In this document: positions 22,245 to 35,323 of the stretch, one piece after another
Numbering within the stretch: position 1 is the first letter of the stretch
Layout of the letters: the number at the start of each line of letters is the position of its first letter
DNA from: Azolla caroliniana
Taxonomy: Eukaryota > Plantae > Polypodiophyta
Assembly (NCBI GenBank): GCA_043228905.1
Contig: JBHGNT010000064.1
Coordinates: 78,738 to 142,737, forward strand
Reading direction: 5' to 3'
DNA length: 64,000 nt
Notes under the pieces: generated by a model
The model's input: the letters and a program-made list of their open reading frames with translations, nothing else
What the model was told of the DNA's origin: nothing
Databases searched by the model: none
Translations under genes and position numbers: made by a program

Positions 22245-25200
22245 TGTTGGGAGACAGGTCCCTCCGGATGGGAAGGGAGAAGAACAGTGCTGATGAACAA
22301 ACTCGACCGAGGCCGAAACCGTATGACGAGTACCCGGCTACGGAGAGCCGGATGGTGCAGACCCGATGAGAACCGGATGAGGAGTACCCGGCTACGGAGA
22401 GCCGGATGGTGCAGACCCGGTGAGAACCGGATGAGGAGTACCCGGCTACGGAGAGCCGGATGGTGTAGACCCGGTGAGAACCGGATGAGGAGTACCCGGC
22501 TACGGAGAGCCGGATGGTGCAGACCCGGTGAGAACCGGGTGAGGAGTACCCGGCTACGGAGAGCCGGATGGTGCAGACTCGGTGAGGAATGCTCATCGGA
22601 TGAAGAGACATATTCGTAAATATGTTTTTGAGAGTCCATCGAGGCTATATTTGTAAATAACCGAAAAGTCATATTAGTATAAATATGACTTAGGGCAAAC
22701 TTTTAGGCTGTTGTTGTTGTCATTCTTGTTGGTGCAAGAAAAGAGAGAGCGCGTAACTGTGTACAGTGAGAGAGAGAGAGAAAGAGGTCGTTGCCTCTGT
22801 TGTAACCGCCGCCTGTGGCGAGGATCGTGAGCACGAGGTCGTTGCCTCCGTGAACTCACTATTGTACATTCTAACATAGTGATAGTTTGCAGCCTGTGGG
22901 CAGCCGTGGTTTTTCCCTTAGTTTGGGTTTTCCACGTAAACATCCTGCGTACACCTCTCTTCTTCGTGTCGTGCTTTATTTCCCGTTTTCTGTGTATGAT
23001 TCTAAGCTCGGTTGTGGCCGAGCGTTGCGTATAGGGAGCGTTTAGTTCCTGTCAAGTGGTATCAGAGCGAAACGACACAGAAAATGGACGATTCGTTGGG
23101 AGGCATGTTCAAGCTCACCGGCTCCAACTATTCGGTATGGAAGTCGAAGATGAGGGACATGCTCGTGGTTAAAGACCTTTGGCTGCCGGTTCAGTTTGGG
23201 AACAAGAGACCGGACAAAATCGACGCCACGATATGGGAGGTGATGCACATGAAGACAACGACGTACATACGGTGCTTCATCGACATGAGCTTATACAACA
23301 ACTTCAATGAAGAGAGCAAGGCTCATGAGCTCTGGGAGAACATCGGCATCATGTTTCAAAACAAAAATGATGTTAATCAGGTTTCGGTATTCCGGAAGCT
23401 AGTAAGACTCCGGTACTAAGATGGCTCCAGCATGGCGGAGCAACTGAATGCCTTCCAGGGACTGATACACTAGGCAACGTCATTGGAAGTACCTCTCGCC
23501 GACGAGGTACTAGCACTACTCCTGCTCGGTTCCCTCCCGGATAACTGGGAGACGTTGGTTGTCACTTTGGGCAACATCGAGCCGGAAGGAAAGCGGTTAT
23601 CCCTAGCAAGAGTAAAGTCGAGCTTGCTAGATGAGGAGGCGCGTCGGAAAGATAAAGATATGAGCTCCGATTCCAAGGCGCTCCTCACCGAATCAGAACG
23701 CGAAAGACATAGAAACCGTAGTCCCCAGAACCGAGAGAAGTCGGGGACACGGTCAAAGTCAAGGGGGAGGCCTACTTGCTTCTATTGCGGCAAGCCGGGA
23801 CACTTCCAGAAGAACTGTCGGCATTTCCGAAAAGATAAGGAAACCGACGGTACCGATTCGAAGCGGACCTCGGACCGGAACGGTAAAGACCGGAGGGGGC
23901 TGGACCGGAAGGGAACGACGGCAATCGCGGCAAGTGAAGAAGAGTTGATGCTCATCACCGAGGAGAGTGAGATAAACCTTGCCGGCGACGAGATGACCTG
24001 GGTGGTAGACTCCGGAGCGTCGTTCCACCTTACCCCGGACCGGAAATGCTTCTCATCCTACTCAGCCGGTGATCACGGCTGTGTCCTGATGGGGAATGAA
24101 GGTACATGCCGAATTGTCGGCATAGGAGACGTGAGGCTGTCAACACCAACCGGATGCAAGTTGTTGCTAAAGGACGTTCAACACGTTCCGGAGGTTCGAC
24201 TGAACCTGATATCAGCTGGTCGGCTAGATGATGAAGGCTACACAGGTAGCATCCAGAACGGTGTCATGAAGTTCAGCAAAGGGAGCCTGATTGTGGCTTG
24301 GGCCCGGAAGGTAAACACCTTGTACCTCATGAATGCCCGGTTATGTCTGGAGGAAGTGAAGGTGGCATCCGACACTGCCGGTGAGCTGTGGCACAAAAGG
24401 CTGTGTCACATGAGTGAGAAGGGGATGAAGAGGCTTGCAGACGACAACCTCATTCCAGTAAGAATGTGCACTTCGAGAAGTGCACTGATTGTCTGGCCGG
24501 TAAGCAAAATCGGACCTCCTTCCGATCAAGGCCACCGATGAGACGTAATGCACCACTGGAGTTGGTGCATACTGATGTGTGTCAAGTGGACACGAAGTCA
24601 CATGCAAGATCGCAGTACTTCGTGACGTTCATAGATGACCACAACCGGAAGCTGTGGGCCACACCGTTGAAGACGAAGGATCAGGTGTTATCCGTCTTCA
24701 AAGAGCTCCACGCGAGAGTGGAAAGAGAAACCGGCCGGAAGCTGAAGGCGGTTCGAGCAGATAACGGAGGAGAATACCGGGGGCAGTTCGAGGAGTACTG
24801 CCGCTCCAAGGGAATCCGGCTCGAATTTACCGTGCCGAAGACGCCGGAATTAAACGGATTAGCCGAGAGGATGAACCGGACCATAATGGAGAGGGTCCGG
24901 AGTATGCTAGCACATGCAAAACTACCCAAGAAGTTTTGGGCTGAGGCACTGTCGACGGCGACATATGTGATAAACAGATCACCCTCAGTACCCTTGGATG
25001 GAGACGCCACAGAGAGTCTGGACCGGTAAGGAAGTGTCCTACCGGCATCTGAAGGTATTCGGGTGTCTCGCGTACGGGCATGTAGCTAAGGACCGGAGAG
25101 GAAAGTTGGATCGAAAGACCCGGCCATGCATATTCCTCGGTTACGGCGACGATGAGTTCGGCTACCGAGTGTGGGACCTGGTCGACAAGAAGGTATTCCG

Positions 25201-25794
25201 GAGTCGAGATATTATCTTCATGGAGAACAAGACACTCGCCGATTGGGAGTCGGAGAAGAAGATAATGAACTCCGAGTTGACCGGTAATGATCGATTCTAC
25301 GACGAGCAGACCCAACCGGCAAGAGACCGGTTAGCACTCGAGGAACCAGCCGGTTACGGTGAGGATACCGAACCGGCAGAAGAAGTAGAGGAAGCTGAAA
25401 CCGGAACCGGCCAAGACCCCGAATCGGATTCGGATGAAGAGCAAATGGAGGAGCCGATTATCGATGCCCGAAGACGGAGATATCCTCTTAGAGAGAGAAG
25501 GGCGCCCCGGAGATTTCCGGATGCAGAGCATGTTCTGCTGACCGATGAGGGGGAGCCGAAAAGCTTCAAAGAAGCAAAGGATGACACCCACAACCACAAA
25601 TGGTTAAGTGCCATGCAGGATGAGATGGATTCCCTGCATGAGAACCATACGTACGAATTGGTGGAGTTGCCGAAAGGAATGCGGGCACTCCGAAACAAGT
25701 GGGTGTACAAGTTGAAACCGAGAGATGCCGGCAACCCTCTGAGATACAAAGCCAGGATCACGGTGAAGGGGTTCCAGCAGAAGAAGGGTGTGGA
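22245..25794 (+). mobile_element. Tork-like Ty1/copia, 3'-truncated within RT
   Basis: 5' LTR 22245-23054; PBS-Met TGGTATCAGAGC 23057-23068; gag from 23084 (CFYCGKPGHFQKNC), PR WVVDSGAS, integrase, start of RT. Confidence 0.9.
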
Positions 25795-25963
25795 CAGAGA
25801 TACACCTCGATTCTCTCCCTATTGAATGCGTGGTACCCAGGATTTCACCTTAGTCGACTTGTACCTACCTACTTACTATACAACGAAAAGTGTGCTCGCA
25901 TGTAAGGGCCGGTTTACACGTGCTAAACTCGGTTTCCGCCTAGGGACGGTTTTCTTCACGACA
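25795..25963 (-). repeat. LTR remnant of another Trp-family gypsy
   Basis: Ends CTTCACGACA like the LTR end at 27773; interrupts the host protease at KTKHG. Confidence 0.55.
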
Positions 25964-26932
25964 CCGTGTTTGGTTTTGATTGGCCAATTCCCCTTTTTGT
26001 AGAAGTCCATGGACATCGGGTTAATTTCTGACCCGTGGTCGATTAATGCTACCACCGGTTCCTTCACGTCCCCGATACGGACATGGGTTTCTGTAGTCGC
26101 TCTTGCCTAGTGCGCCTTGGCATAGTGGCTTTCTGCAAGCTCGTCTTCCGCGACCATCTCGTCGAGGAGTGCTGTCCTTACTTCAACTGGCTTCTCAGGT
26201 TTTGGTTCCGTCGCGAGATGCTTTCTCTTCACGAGGTCCACGATGCTATCGTGGAATTCCCTTCTCACTATGCCAAGCACTTCCCTAAGCGTGAGTTCTA
26301 TGTGACTGTCGAGAACTCGCTCCTCTGGAACCTTCTATAGGTTCATTGTTTTCTCGATTTCCGAGCTTAAACGGAAGCTCAGAGTCCTGCCCTTCTCCTT
26401 CTCCTAGGACCTGGTCGGAGTGGCCTCGTGCCCTTTCGGCGTGCTTCGGGTGTTATTCCTCCCCGAAGGGCCTGCTCCCCCGGTTTTCCCCGCTCGCCTT
26501 TCGTTGATCAGGGCCTCGTAGTTCCTGCACGCGGCCTCCACAAAGCCGGTGCTCTCCTCAACGGGGTCATTCCAGCCGGTAACTTCACGCACACGCTCCT
26601 GCGTGCGCTCCGCTTCTCCTTTCCGCAACCTTCCTCCATACAAGGTCTCGAGAACAACCGGCCATAACCCAAGGTATGAATCGGGTTTGGCCGCCCTTTC
26701 GCCTACACGAATGCCGGCCGAAGCCAAGTAGTGGACGGCTTCGACGTGCCGTGCCGCGGCTTCTTCCATTAGCCTCTTCATGCCACCTCGTCCGAAATTT
26801 GTAGGTCTCTAAGTAACTCATGGTGTCTTTTCCACTGAACTGGCCTATCTTGTCGATCGTTGCTTCTATGGCCTTGTCGAGGGCACTTGCGTCCTCGTGA
26901 GCGCTAACCAGGCGGTCTACCGCCACCGCCAT
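25964..26932 (-). pseudogene. gag and protease N-terminal remnant of the Trp-primed gypsy
   Basis: ALIDHGSEIN protease motif near 26040; gag N-terminus follows the PBS. Confidence 0.75.
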
Positions 26933-26980
26933 TGCTTCTGCAAGTTTGCTCCCTCTTATTTTCAGATTCCTTTGCCGCCC

Positions 26981-26998
26981 TTCACGTCGGGTTCACCA
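26981..26998 (-). promoter_or_regulatory. PBS, tRNA-Trp (TGGTGAACCCGACGTGAA)
   Basis: 18-nt match to recalled plant tRNA-Trp 3' end, 4 nt from the LTR. Confidence 0.9.
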
Positions 26999-28492
26999 AA
27001 TATGTCGAGGAAATCTTCGTAGATGCATAGAAGTTGGGCAAGACCATGGGGGTCTTGAACCAAGGAATCGAGAAGTGAGGTGGTAGAGTTTGTGGTTTAC
27101 GTGAGCCCTGAGACCGCGGTTTAAACCGAAAGATTAGCAAAACGAGAGAGATAATGTAAGAGGAGGAACGTGCGTAGACACAGGCGCAAACGATAAGCTA
27201 AGAATAGCTTGCGTTCCCTAGATAAACTTCTATTAATCAATATATGCGCGTGGCACTGTGGGTGATTACAATCGGATCAGTGTCGGTGTTCGAGCGGGGG
27301 CTCTACAGTAGTCAGCTACGGAGATGAGTGGGCACACAGAAGGTCGATCCCCTGGTCGAGAGCACTTGGGCGTCTGACGCGAGCAGGGGAAGCGCCTTCC
27401 GGTGGCACGTCGTAGGACTCCTTGTCTTCATTTCTCTTTGTTTCCCTTTCTCCTCTCTCTAAAATTGACATCCATAAAAACAGTCGAGGGTTGGCCCTTT
27501 TATAGCACAAGGAGCGACCGTTACAGAGCATTCATGGCCTTGTCGCTTTAACTCCCTAAATTACCCCCCCCGCCCCCCGATTCACTCTCCTCATAACTCT
27601 CCCTACTTACACGATGTCTGAATCCTTATTAATGCTTTAACTACCTAATACACCTCCTTTTTCCTATGGCTAGCCCTTACACTATCTAATTCACTAGGGG
27701 TGTGCACTCGTGCACACTAGTGCTCCCGCGTGTTTCACATTCTTTCTACCGATGGCCCGGAATCTTCACGACAGCGGCGTCCCGGAAGACATGCGAGGCC
27801 AAGCGGGCCAAGAGGACGAGAGTCGGGGTGAAGCGGTAATGAGAGTCGCCAACACGGAGGTCGGGATGACGGTACGCTCTACGGTGAGAGAGCACAACGA
27901 GCAAAGGAGAAGCGAGGAGGGCGTAATGGGGTCGCCAAGGGACCGAAGGACGAGCGCGTGTTTGGGAGAAAACAAGGGCACACGGAAAGAGCCTGCGGAA
28001 GGTGAGTGCGGAATGGAGGGAATCGGCACGAGGTGTTCGAGACGAAGAGAGGATCAAGCCAGAGATAGAACACAAGCTGTGTGCGAGGGGTGGAATCCGG
28101 CGAGCAAACGTGGTGACGAGGGCCTAATCGGAGGACCTATGCGGCGGACAAAGAAAGAGTGACCGGATCGGCAATGGCGATCGGGAGGACCGACTGGGGA
28201 GGAAGGTGCATGCGGTGGATATGGTGGTTCGGATGGAGTCAATGTTTCGGGGACACACGGTGGACGTGTGGATTGGTTGGAGCCGACGGCTCGAGGATGT
28301 GCGACGTATACGATGGAACGGGATGCTACGACGGTTCGTGCGGAAGGGACGGGCGTGCTCGAAATGGAAGACGAAGTCCAGCAAGGCCAACGAGGACGTG
28401 CCAGACCTCGGTTTTATCACCATGGCTGAAAAATCTCACCTCTTCTCCTTTCTTGGCACATACCGGTGGATGTGCGGTTTGGTGGGGGCGGA

Positions 28493-29206
28493 TGTCGTGA
28501 TGATTTTCATCCATAGTGAGAAAACCGAGTGGGATAAAGAAAATGGGGATGTGCAACGTTGCACATGCACTTGTACATTTGTACATAAAAAAAAGATAAC
28601 AAAATGTAAAGGGGAAGGGCATTAACCTAAGGTGCTAAAGGTGCTTCACGGAGTTTGTTAAGTGTAAATGTGATGTGCACTTGGTGGACTAGATAGAGGT
28701 ACGTGAAGAATAAGTGAAGGGAGTAATGGGCATTGAATAGGACGGCTAGAGAAGTGAGAGTTATGGCCAACGATCTCAAGATCGAGATCAAATATTCTCC
28801 TTTGAAAAGGAGAAGGGGGTTTGACCACTCTTGTAATGTGCCTCACCCCTTACTACTATAAAAGGGAGTGAGGGGTCACTTTGGAAGGGGTTGCCTATTT
28901 TGGGTAAGGGAGGCATACCACTTAGGTCAAGGGTTTCCTATTCGGTTTTAGGGTTTCGATTAGGTTTTCTTGTAGTCATTGGGTGCGGCCTATGGGGGGC
29001 CATGGTTGTAATGCGTGTGGTGTTCTTAATACAAACCATTTGTGTATCTTGCCTCCATCATTTTCTTGTTCAATGTTAATGTTTTATTCCTCCTCCTCTT
29101 GAGCTAAGATTCCATTTCTTGTCTTACTCTTTCTCTTCTACTCCCTAGTCCAAGACCCCCGTGATCCCGCCTCGGATCCTACACGCGCTCGCGGAATATC
29201 GCGACA
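28493..29206 (+). repeat. 3' LTR of the Trp-primed non-autonomous element (714 bp)
   Basis: TGTCGTG...GCGACA; matches the rejoined 5' LTR pieces. Confidence 0.93.
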
Positions 29207-30840
29207 ACGCGAGACCGGAAGAAAGATCAAGTGTTTGAGATCGGATGGCGGAAAGGAGTATTTTTCCGATCAGTTCACGAGCTACCTGTAGACGAAGGGA
29301 ATCCGACGGGAATTCTCTTGCAGATACATGCCGGAGGAGAACGACATGGCTGAGCGTCGGAACAAGATGCTGGTAGAAGCAACAAGGATGATGCTTGAGG
29401 AGAAAATCATGCCCACGTTTTATTGGGCCGAAGCAATTGGATAGCCGTCTACATCCAGAATCAGATATCCACCTTAGGAACAAAGGTGTTGCTGCACAAA
29501 CTGTATTTCAAGCAGAAGCCGAATTTGGCACACCTTCAGGTGTTCGGTACGATTGCATATGTGCATGTACCAAAAGAAAAATGGAGGAAGTTAGATGCAA
29601 AAGCCGAAAAGTGCATTCTTGTTGGCTATTTGAATGAACAGAAGGGTTATAAGTGTTATAACCTCCGATCGAAGGTGGTCCGACTTAGCTGAGATGTCGT
29701 TTTTGATGAATCGACATCTTGGTACTTCTCCCGCCTGAGCCCGAGCCAATCACTATTGATGATCTGGTGGAATCCGGAACAGAAAGAAGAGTCGTGGAAT
29801 CCGAACAACCGGATAGTCCGACGTCTCTCCAGATGAGTGGACCGAATCCGGACTAGTTGCATCGGAGTGGTCAACTGGATGATGAGCCGGCGAGTAGCGG
29901 AGACTTAGCTCTGCTTTTGTGTGCAAGGAACCGAGGAGACAGTTCACGCGCAAAGAAAAAAGGAAGAAGAAGATGCTGGAATATGCCACCGGTAGTGACG
30001 AGTCGGATCAGAGCGAGAACGACTTTGGGAAGAACGAAGACAGACCTTTGGGAACGAAGTCTGATCCGGCGAAGAGGCCTTGAGATTGGCTAACGAGAGG
30101 TTACGCTGATCCACCCGCCAGAAGAACGCCGTAAAAAGGTACAGATATGATGAGTACATGGTGCATCACTATGCGTACATGACGAAAGTGGCAGAGGTGT
30201 GTGAGCCGGAGAACTACGCAGAAGTGGCAAGGGACACAAATTGGCGTGCCGCTATGGAGGAAGAGATGCACACACTCACGGAGAATGAAATGTGGGATTT
30301 AGTGGACGTACCGAAAGGAGTGAAGCCGATGGGTTGCCGATGGGTAAACAAGGTCAAATACAACATCGATGGCTCCGTCAACTGGTACAAGGCCCGGTTA
30401 GTGGCCAAGGGCTACGCGCAACAGCACGACATCGACTACGATGAGACGTTTGCGCCGGTCGCGAAGATGACGACCATCCGTGCTCTGCTTGTGATGGTAG
30501 CGGCGAAGGGGTGGCATCTACATCAAATGGATGTAACGAACGTGTTCCTACAAGGTGATCTTGTGGAACAAGTGTATATGGTTCAACACCCCGGTTTTCA
30601 ATCTAGAATGAATACATCGGCAATGTGTTGATTGAAGAAGTCCCTCTAAGGACTCAAACATGCCCACGCGCCTGGAACGTGAAGATCACGCAAAGACTGC
30701 ATCGGATGGGGTTTACTACGTTGAAATTAGACTCTTCTCTCTTCATTCCGCAAGGTCGGAACGGGCCGATAAGTATTTTACTTTATGTTAATGATTTAGT
30801 CATTGCTGATGCCGACCTGGACGAAATCAGCCGCGTCAAA
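29207..30840 (+). pseudogene. Ty1/copia integrase-RT remnant (continuation of 2045-2388)
   Basis: Motifs KLDAKAEKCILVGY, YKARLVAKGY, LHQMDV, LLYVNDL. Confidence 0.88.
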
Positions 30841-31115
30841 TGTTACCGATTAGGAACCAACCTACCCTCAGTCCTTCGGGTTAGGGCTCAAGGAGGTTGT
30901 GGTACAGAAAATGGATTAGCGTAGTAGGTCTAGTCTCAGCGTAAGACAAGGGTAAAGCGTCACTAAGTGTCTTCGAAGGTAGGGCATTAACCGGAGACAG
31001 CTAAAACCCAGCTCCTTCCTACCGTGCGTAATTGTACACCGATACATTACTTACCCTAAGAATGGATACGCTTACGGACGACATAGAGACAGAGAGTAAA
31101 TAGGTGGAGAACACT

Positions 31116-31156
31116 TGGCACGCCTGTGGGATAGTGCCATGGCACGTCGGAACCAT
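31116..31156 (-). other. tRNA-Arg 3'-half-like module (inverted PBS)
   Basis: Minus strand ATGGTT-CCGAC-GTGCCATGGCAC-TA-TCCCAC-AGGCGTG-CCA, then AG, then the LTR. Confidence 0.75.
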
Positions 31157-31748
31157 CCTCTTCTACTCGTTGTCCAAAATATTGCAGATATTAGGTTCCT
31201 GCAGCTCGTCGTTGCTTGTCATAACTGGTGGTGTCGTAGCGTGGCTGGGCTTGTCAATTTGTGGCTCGACCAGTGGTTCCTCCCGTAGTGCCTCTATAGG
31301 CGGCTCCAGCCGTATCTCGTGCTCCGCGCCTATGGAGGTATGGTCGGGGTTGCTTTGCAGCTCCGATGGTTGCAATGGGCATGTGTTCGGCCGTGGTTCT
31401 TCTTGGATTGTTTCTTCGTAGTGACTACCGAAGCGGGGAATATCTCATTCGGTGCGGTCGTCATAGTCACCTCCGGAGCGCCCGTTTGTTCAATCGGGCT
31501 CTCGTTCTGCTCCGCAGAATCACTACCCTGTAGGGTGATGGCCTCCGCCTTCTTCATCTCTTCCACCCTTTGATATTCGCTTTCTATGTTGCACAACTGG
31601 CAGAATGCTTCTTCTTGACTTTCAACGAAGTCTTCTAATGGATGTGCCATTTCTTTGGTGTTATGGTCAGTCAAAGTTTGGTAATCCTGCGTAAGGTCTT
31701 CGCAAACCGTAGAGATGCTTTCTTCGCTTAGTTTGTAAAAACCTTTTC

Positions 31749-34262
31749 TGTCACGGATCATAAACTCAAGAGACAAGCAAGAAGATAACCAAATGGACAA
31801 GAAAGAAGATAGTATTAAAGGAAAGACTCCATAACTGGTGTTGTTCACCTTGAATTCCTTCAAGGTGAACTCCTCTATTTATACTACATGGCATGCATAC
31901 TTGTTGCACGCATGTGAATCTACAATAGAGCATGTAGGTATGCATGCATGTGCCAAGTGTAAATACTACAAGGGAGCAACTATGCACATGATGCTAGCAA
32001 AATAATAAGGACCAATTACATACATAACTAGTACTAGATATCTTGGTTAACTCATAATACTAGATTATAACATGGTCGTGTCAAGAGTTCGAATCTTGAC
32101 ATTATCCCCCCTCTTACGCCGCCTTCCCAAATCGGCCGCTGGTTTGTGGGGATATCGGTGATGAAAATCTTGGACGACCTCGGGGGCATTTTGTAAATTT
32201 GCCGATGGTTCCCATGTGGCCTCAGACATGGGGTAACCCCTCCATAGGACGAGGTATTGCAAGTGTCGACGGTGCCAACACGAGTCACGGATTTGGTCGA
32301 CCTCGTATTCCTCCCCTGTCGTCAATTGCACAGGTGGTGGTGGTGGGGCTTGACATCCTGGGAGTTGTGAAGCATAATGGGGTTCGAGGAGGGAGACATG
32401 AAAAACATCGTGAATCCGGAAGTGGGATGGAAGGGTGAGCCGGAAGGCGACGGGATTGATGCACTCGATGATACGGAATGGTCCCAACTTCTTGTAATCA
32501 AGTTTCGCACATGGACGAGTAGTAGAGATGTGTCGACGTAACAACCAGACCATGTCTCCAACGACAAAGTGTGGAGTGGAAGATCAATGGCGATCAGCCT
32601 GCTTCTTGTATCGTTCACTTGCAAGACTAAGCTCCAAGGATAAATCATGATGTACTTCTTCCAAAATGCGGGCGCGATCCTCCGCCGAAGGGTTCACGGA
32701 AGTGGTAGGAAGGGAAATGTTGAAGCGAGGATGTAAACTGTAGTTGGCAAAGAAGGGAGTGACGCCAGTCGATGCATGGAGAGAATTATTGTAGCCGAAT
32801 TCCGCGAGCGAAAGTAAGTTGACCCAATCATCTTGTTGGTAACTAACCGAGCACCGAAGATACTGCTCAAGGATTTGGTTGACACGCTCCGTTTTCCTGT
32901 CAGTTTGGGGGTGATAAGCGGAGGACAACTTGACAGAGATGCCTAAAGTTTGTAGCAGGTGCTGCCAGAAGTGAGAGACAAACTAGGGTCCGCGATCCGA
33001 GATGACATCATCGGGGGGAGTCCATGCAAGCGTACTACATTGTTGAGTAGGAGTTGCACCATTCCTTCTCCGGAAATGGTTTTGGAGCATGGAGTGAAGT
33101 GAGCCATCTTCGTAAACCGATCGACAACGACCAACACCGAGTCATAGCTATTGACCAAGGGTAGATACGCACCTTCTTGAAGATCAATCGGACAGTCGTA
33201 GAGCCGGTGTTCAGGCAACTGATCAACATTACATTTTTCAAATACGTCGGAGAAGTGTTGGTATTTTTCGGGAATAACATGGAGTGTGTTAGAAATGGCG
33301 CCACAAACAAACCCATCCTGGACGGATGATGGGGTAGTCAATTCGGAGTCGACCGTCTCCGAAGGATAGGAAACTGAATTTACCTTCATACTTTTGCACG
33401 AGCATCTTGGCTTGCTAAATGTGATCCAGCGGTTGCACCAATCCACTATTGGATTGTGCGCCTCCAACCACGTTAGTCCTAAGACGATCGGATGTCGAGG
33501 AGATGCGATGAGGTAAAAGGTGAGCTCCTCTTGGTGTGAGCCCACCCGAAGCCCTAATGGGATTGTAACTTGAGTAATTGCACCTGACGAGAGGACGCAC
33601 CCGTCGATGGCTTCAACTGGAATGGGTTTTGAGAGGCCAACGACAGGTATGCCATGTGCTTGGGCAAACGCGACGTCGATGAAGCAAGAAGATGCCCCAG
33701 AATCAAGTAAAGCAACAGACTGAATGGAACTAGAGTTAAACGAAAGCCATACCTCCAATGTGAAATTGCCTGATGGTCCGGCAATGGAACCAAGAGAATG
33801 TGGGCGACGGGAGATGTCCAGTTGCATGGCTCCTACTGCAACCGAACGATGTCGTTTTCCGGATGTTGGGGTCCGTTAACTCGATGGAATTGTGGGCGAG
33901 TACTCCTAGGACAATGGCGAACGACATGACCAGAGGCGCCACAATACATGCACAAGCCATTAGCCCGCCGAAATTGTTGTTCAACATCAGTCAATGGCCG
34001 AAATCGGGCTTGATCAATTTCCATGGGGACAGGAGCATCTGCCGAAGTAGGCGAGTGTGAGGATGCTTGGGGTTGTATGACCGGGGCGTGGTGTGGAAGT
34101 GAATGAGGTGGAACCCAAGTCCGGCGCTCTTCTTGGCGAAATTCGAAAAGACGATTGTCACAATGGACTGCTTGTGAAATCGCTTGGGATAATGAGGTGG
34201 GCTCCGGAAAGTTTAAGAGAAAATTCTTGACATTGCTTCGAAGACCGCGCCAAATCTTGACA
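31749..34262 (-). mobile_element. Internally deleted chromovirus (Tcn1/Tf1-like gypsy)
   Basis: 3' LTR 31749-32101; PPT 32102-32115; chromodomain EYEVDQI...WEP; INT; PR LLDSGAS; gag CCHC; 5' LTR reduced to ~10 bp; TSD TTTTC at 31744-31748 and 34263-34267; RT-RH deleted near 33160. Confidence 0.88.
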
Positions 34263-35323
34263 TTTTCCTTCCTTACGCCGATTTTCCCAATCCGGCCCAT
34301 CCTCTGTCTAACGCTGCTTGTAATTGGGTCGTAAACTGTCCGTGCTTTGTTTGGAGGAGGGTGTTGTATGCGTCGATTTCCACTGCCTGCGCCGCCCATT
34401 CGGCCCATCCTCTATCTAATGTTGCTTGTAATTGGGTCATAAACCGTTCGTGCTTTGTTTGGAGGAGGGTGCGTATACGGTCCGTGCTCCAGTTCGTGCG
34501 GGCCTGTAAGTCCTCCATAGCCTCCTTGAGGTTCTCAAATTTCCTCATGTAGGCTACTACTGCTTCTTCATAATGTGTCTTCATTTGTGCCCAAATTTTC
34601 GACTCCTTCTCATGGAGCTCCTCTAGCCGGCCCATCTCCTTGTTGAGTCATATTTCAACATCATGCTTGAGTTGGCGCTCGTGCTCGAGCTGTTCGTCAT
34701 ACCACTCTCGCTTTTTCTATGACGCCTCTCTGAGCGCCCGTGATGGTGCCTTCCTTCTTGGTCCGTTCCTCGTGGATCTTGTCCCTCTCTGCCTTCATTT
34801 GGCAATGTGCAACCACTTCCACGTCGAGCTTTTCTTGAATTGCATTGACCGCCTTATGTCCTTTTGCTCGAATGTCTGCTTCTCTGTTTGAGGATTGATG
34901 GAGTTCTGACCTAAGACGGTCAATCTCAGACTCGGCTAGCTCAGTATCGCTTTTTGCTTTAGCTGTTATTGCTTTTTGAGCCTTTCCCTCCTCTCGTAGG
35001 GTTTGTAGGGTGGTCGTCTCGGAGATAGGAGCGGGAACTAATTGCGCCATTGGTGCGCTGCTCTCAAGCTCCGTAATATGCTCTTGTGCTTTAGTCAGCT
35101 ACTCCTAGGTTACTTTCACGGTTTTCCAAAGTTTTTGTTCTTCATTGCCATATCTTTGCCGCCCAGGGTGACCTTTGCCAACTCCCTCTGAACCTCGACT
35201 AAGGCCATATTAAGCAGGGGGAGCTCGATCCCTACGTGGTGAACACCCACATTTCTCTTCCTTCCTACCCGCGCAAGTGGACCTTCTTCTTCGCTTTTCG
35301 TCGTCCGTGTTAGAACATGTTCA

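Larger units (their letters stand above)
16704..27773 (-). mobile_element. tRNA-Trp-primed Ty3/gypsy (Phygy/Selgy-like by inference), degenerate full length
   Basis: LTRs 16704-17459 and 27003-27773; 18-nt Trp PBS 26981-26998; G-rich tract after 17459; 4-bp TSD GCGG at 16700-16703 and 27774-27777. Confidence 0.92.
2389..29206 (+). mobile_element. tRNA-Trp-primed gypsy-derived non-autonomous (gag-only) element, ~4.4 kb without nested inserts
   Basis: 5' LTR is split into 2389-2566, 10877-11232 and 14281-14473; 3' LTR 28493-29206. PBS at 14478, G-rich tract before 28493, 4-bp TSD ACGT/ACGC; no pol remnants seen. Confidence 0.85.

Noticed and set aside
31749-31863. Hydrophobic N-terminus of ORF 31330-31863 as a signal peptide
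   Set aside because: That segment lies in the inserted chromovirus LTR, not in the host ORF.
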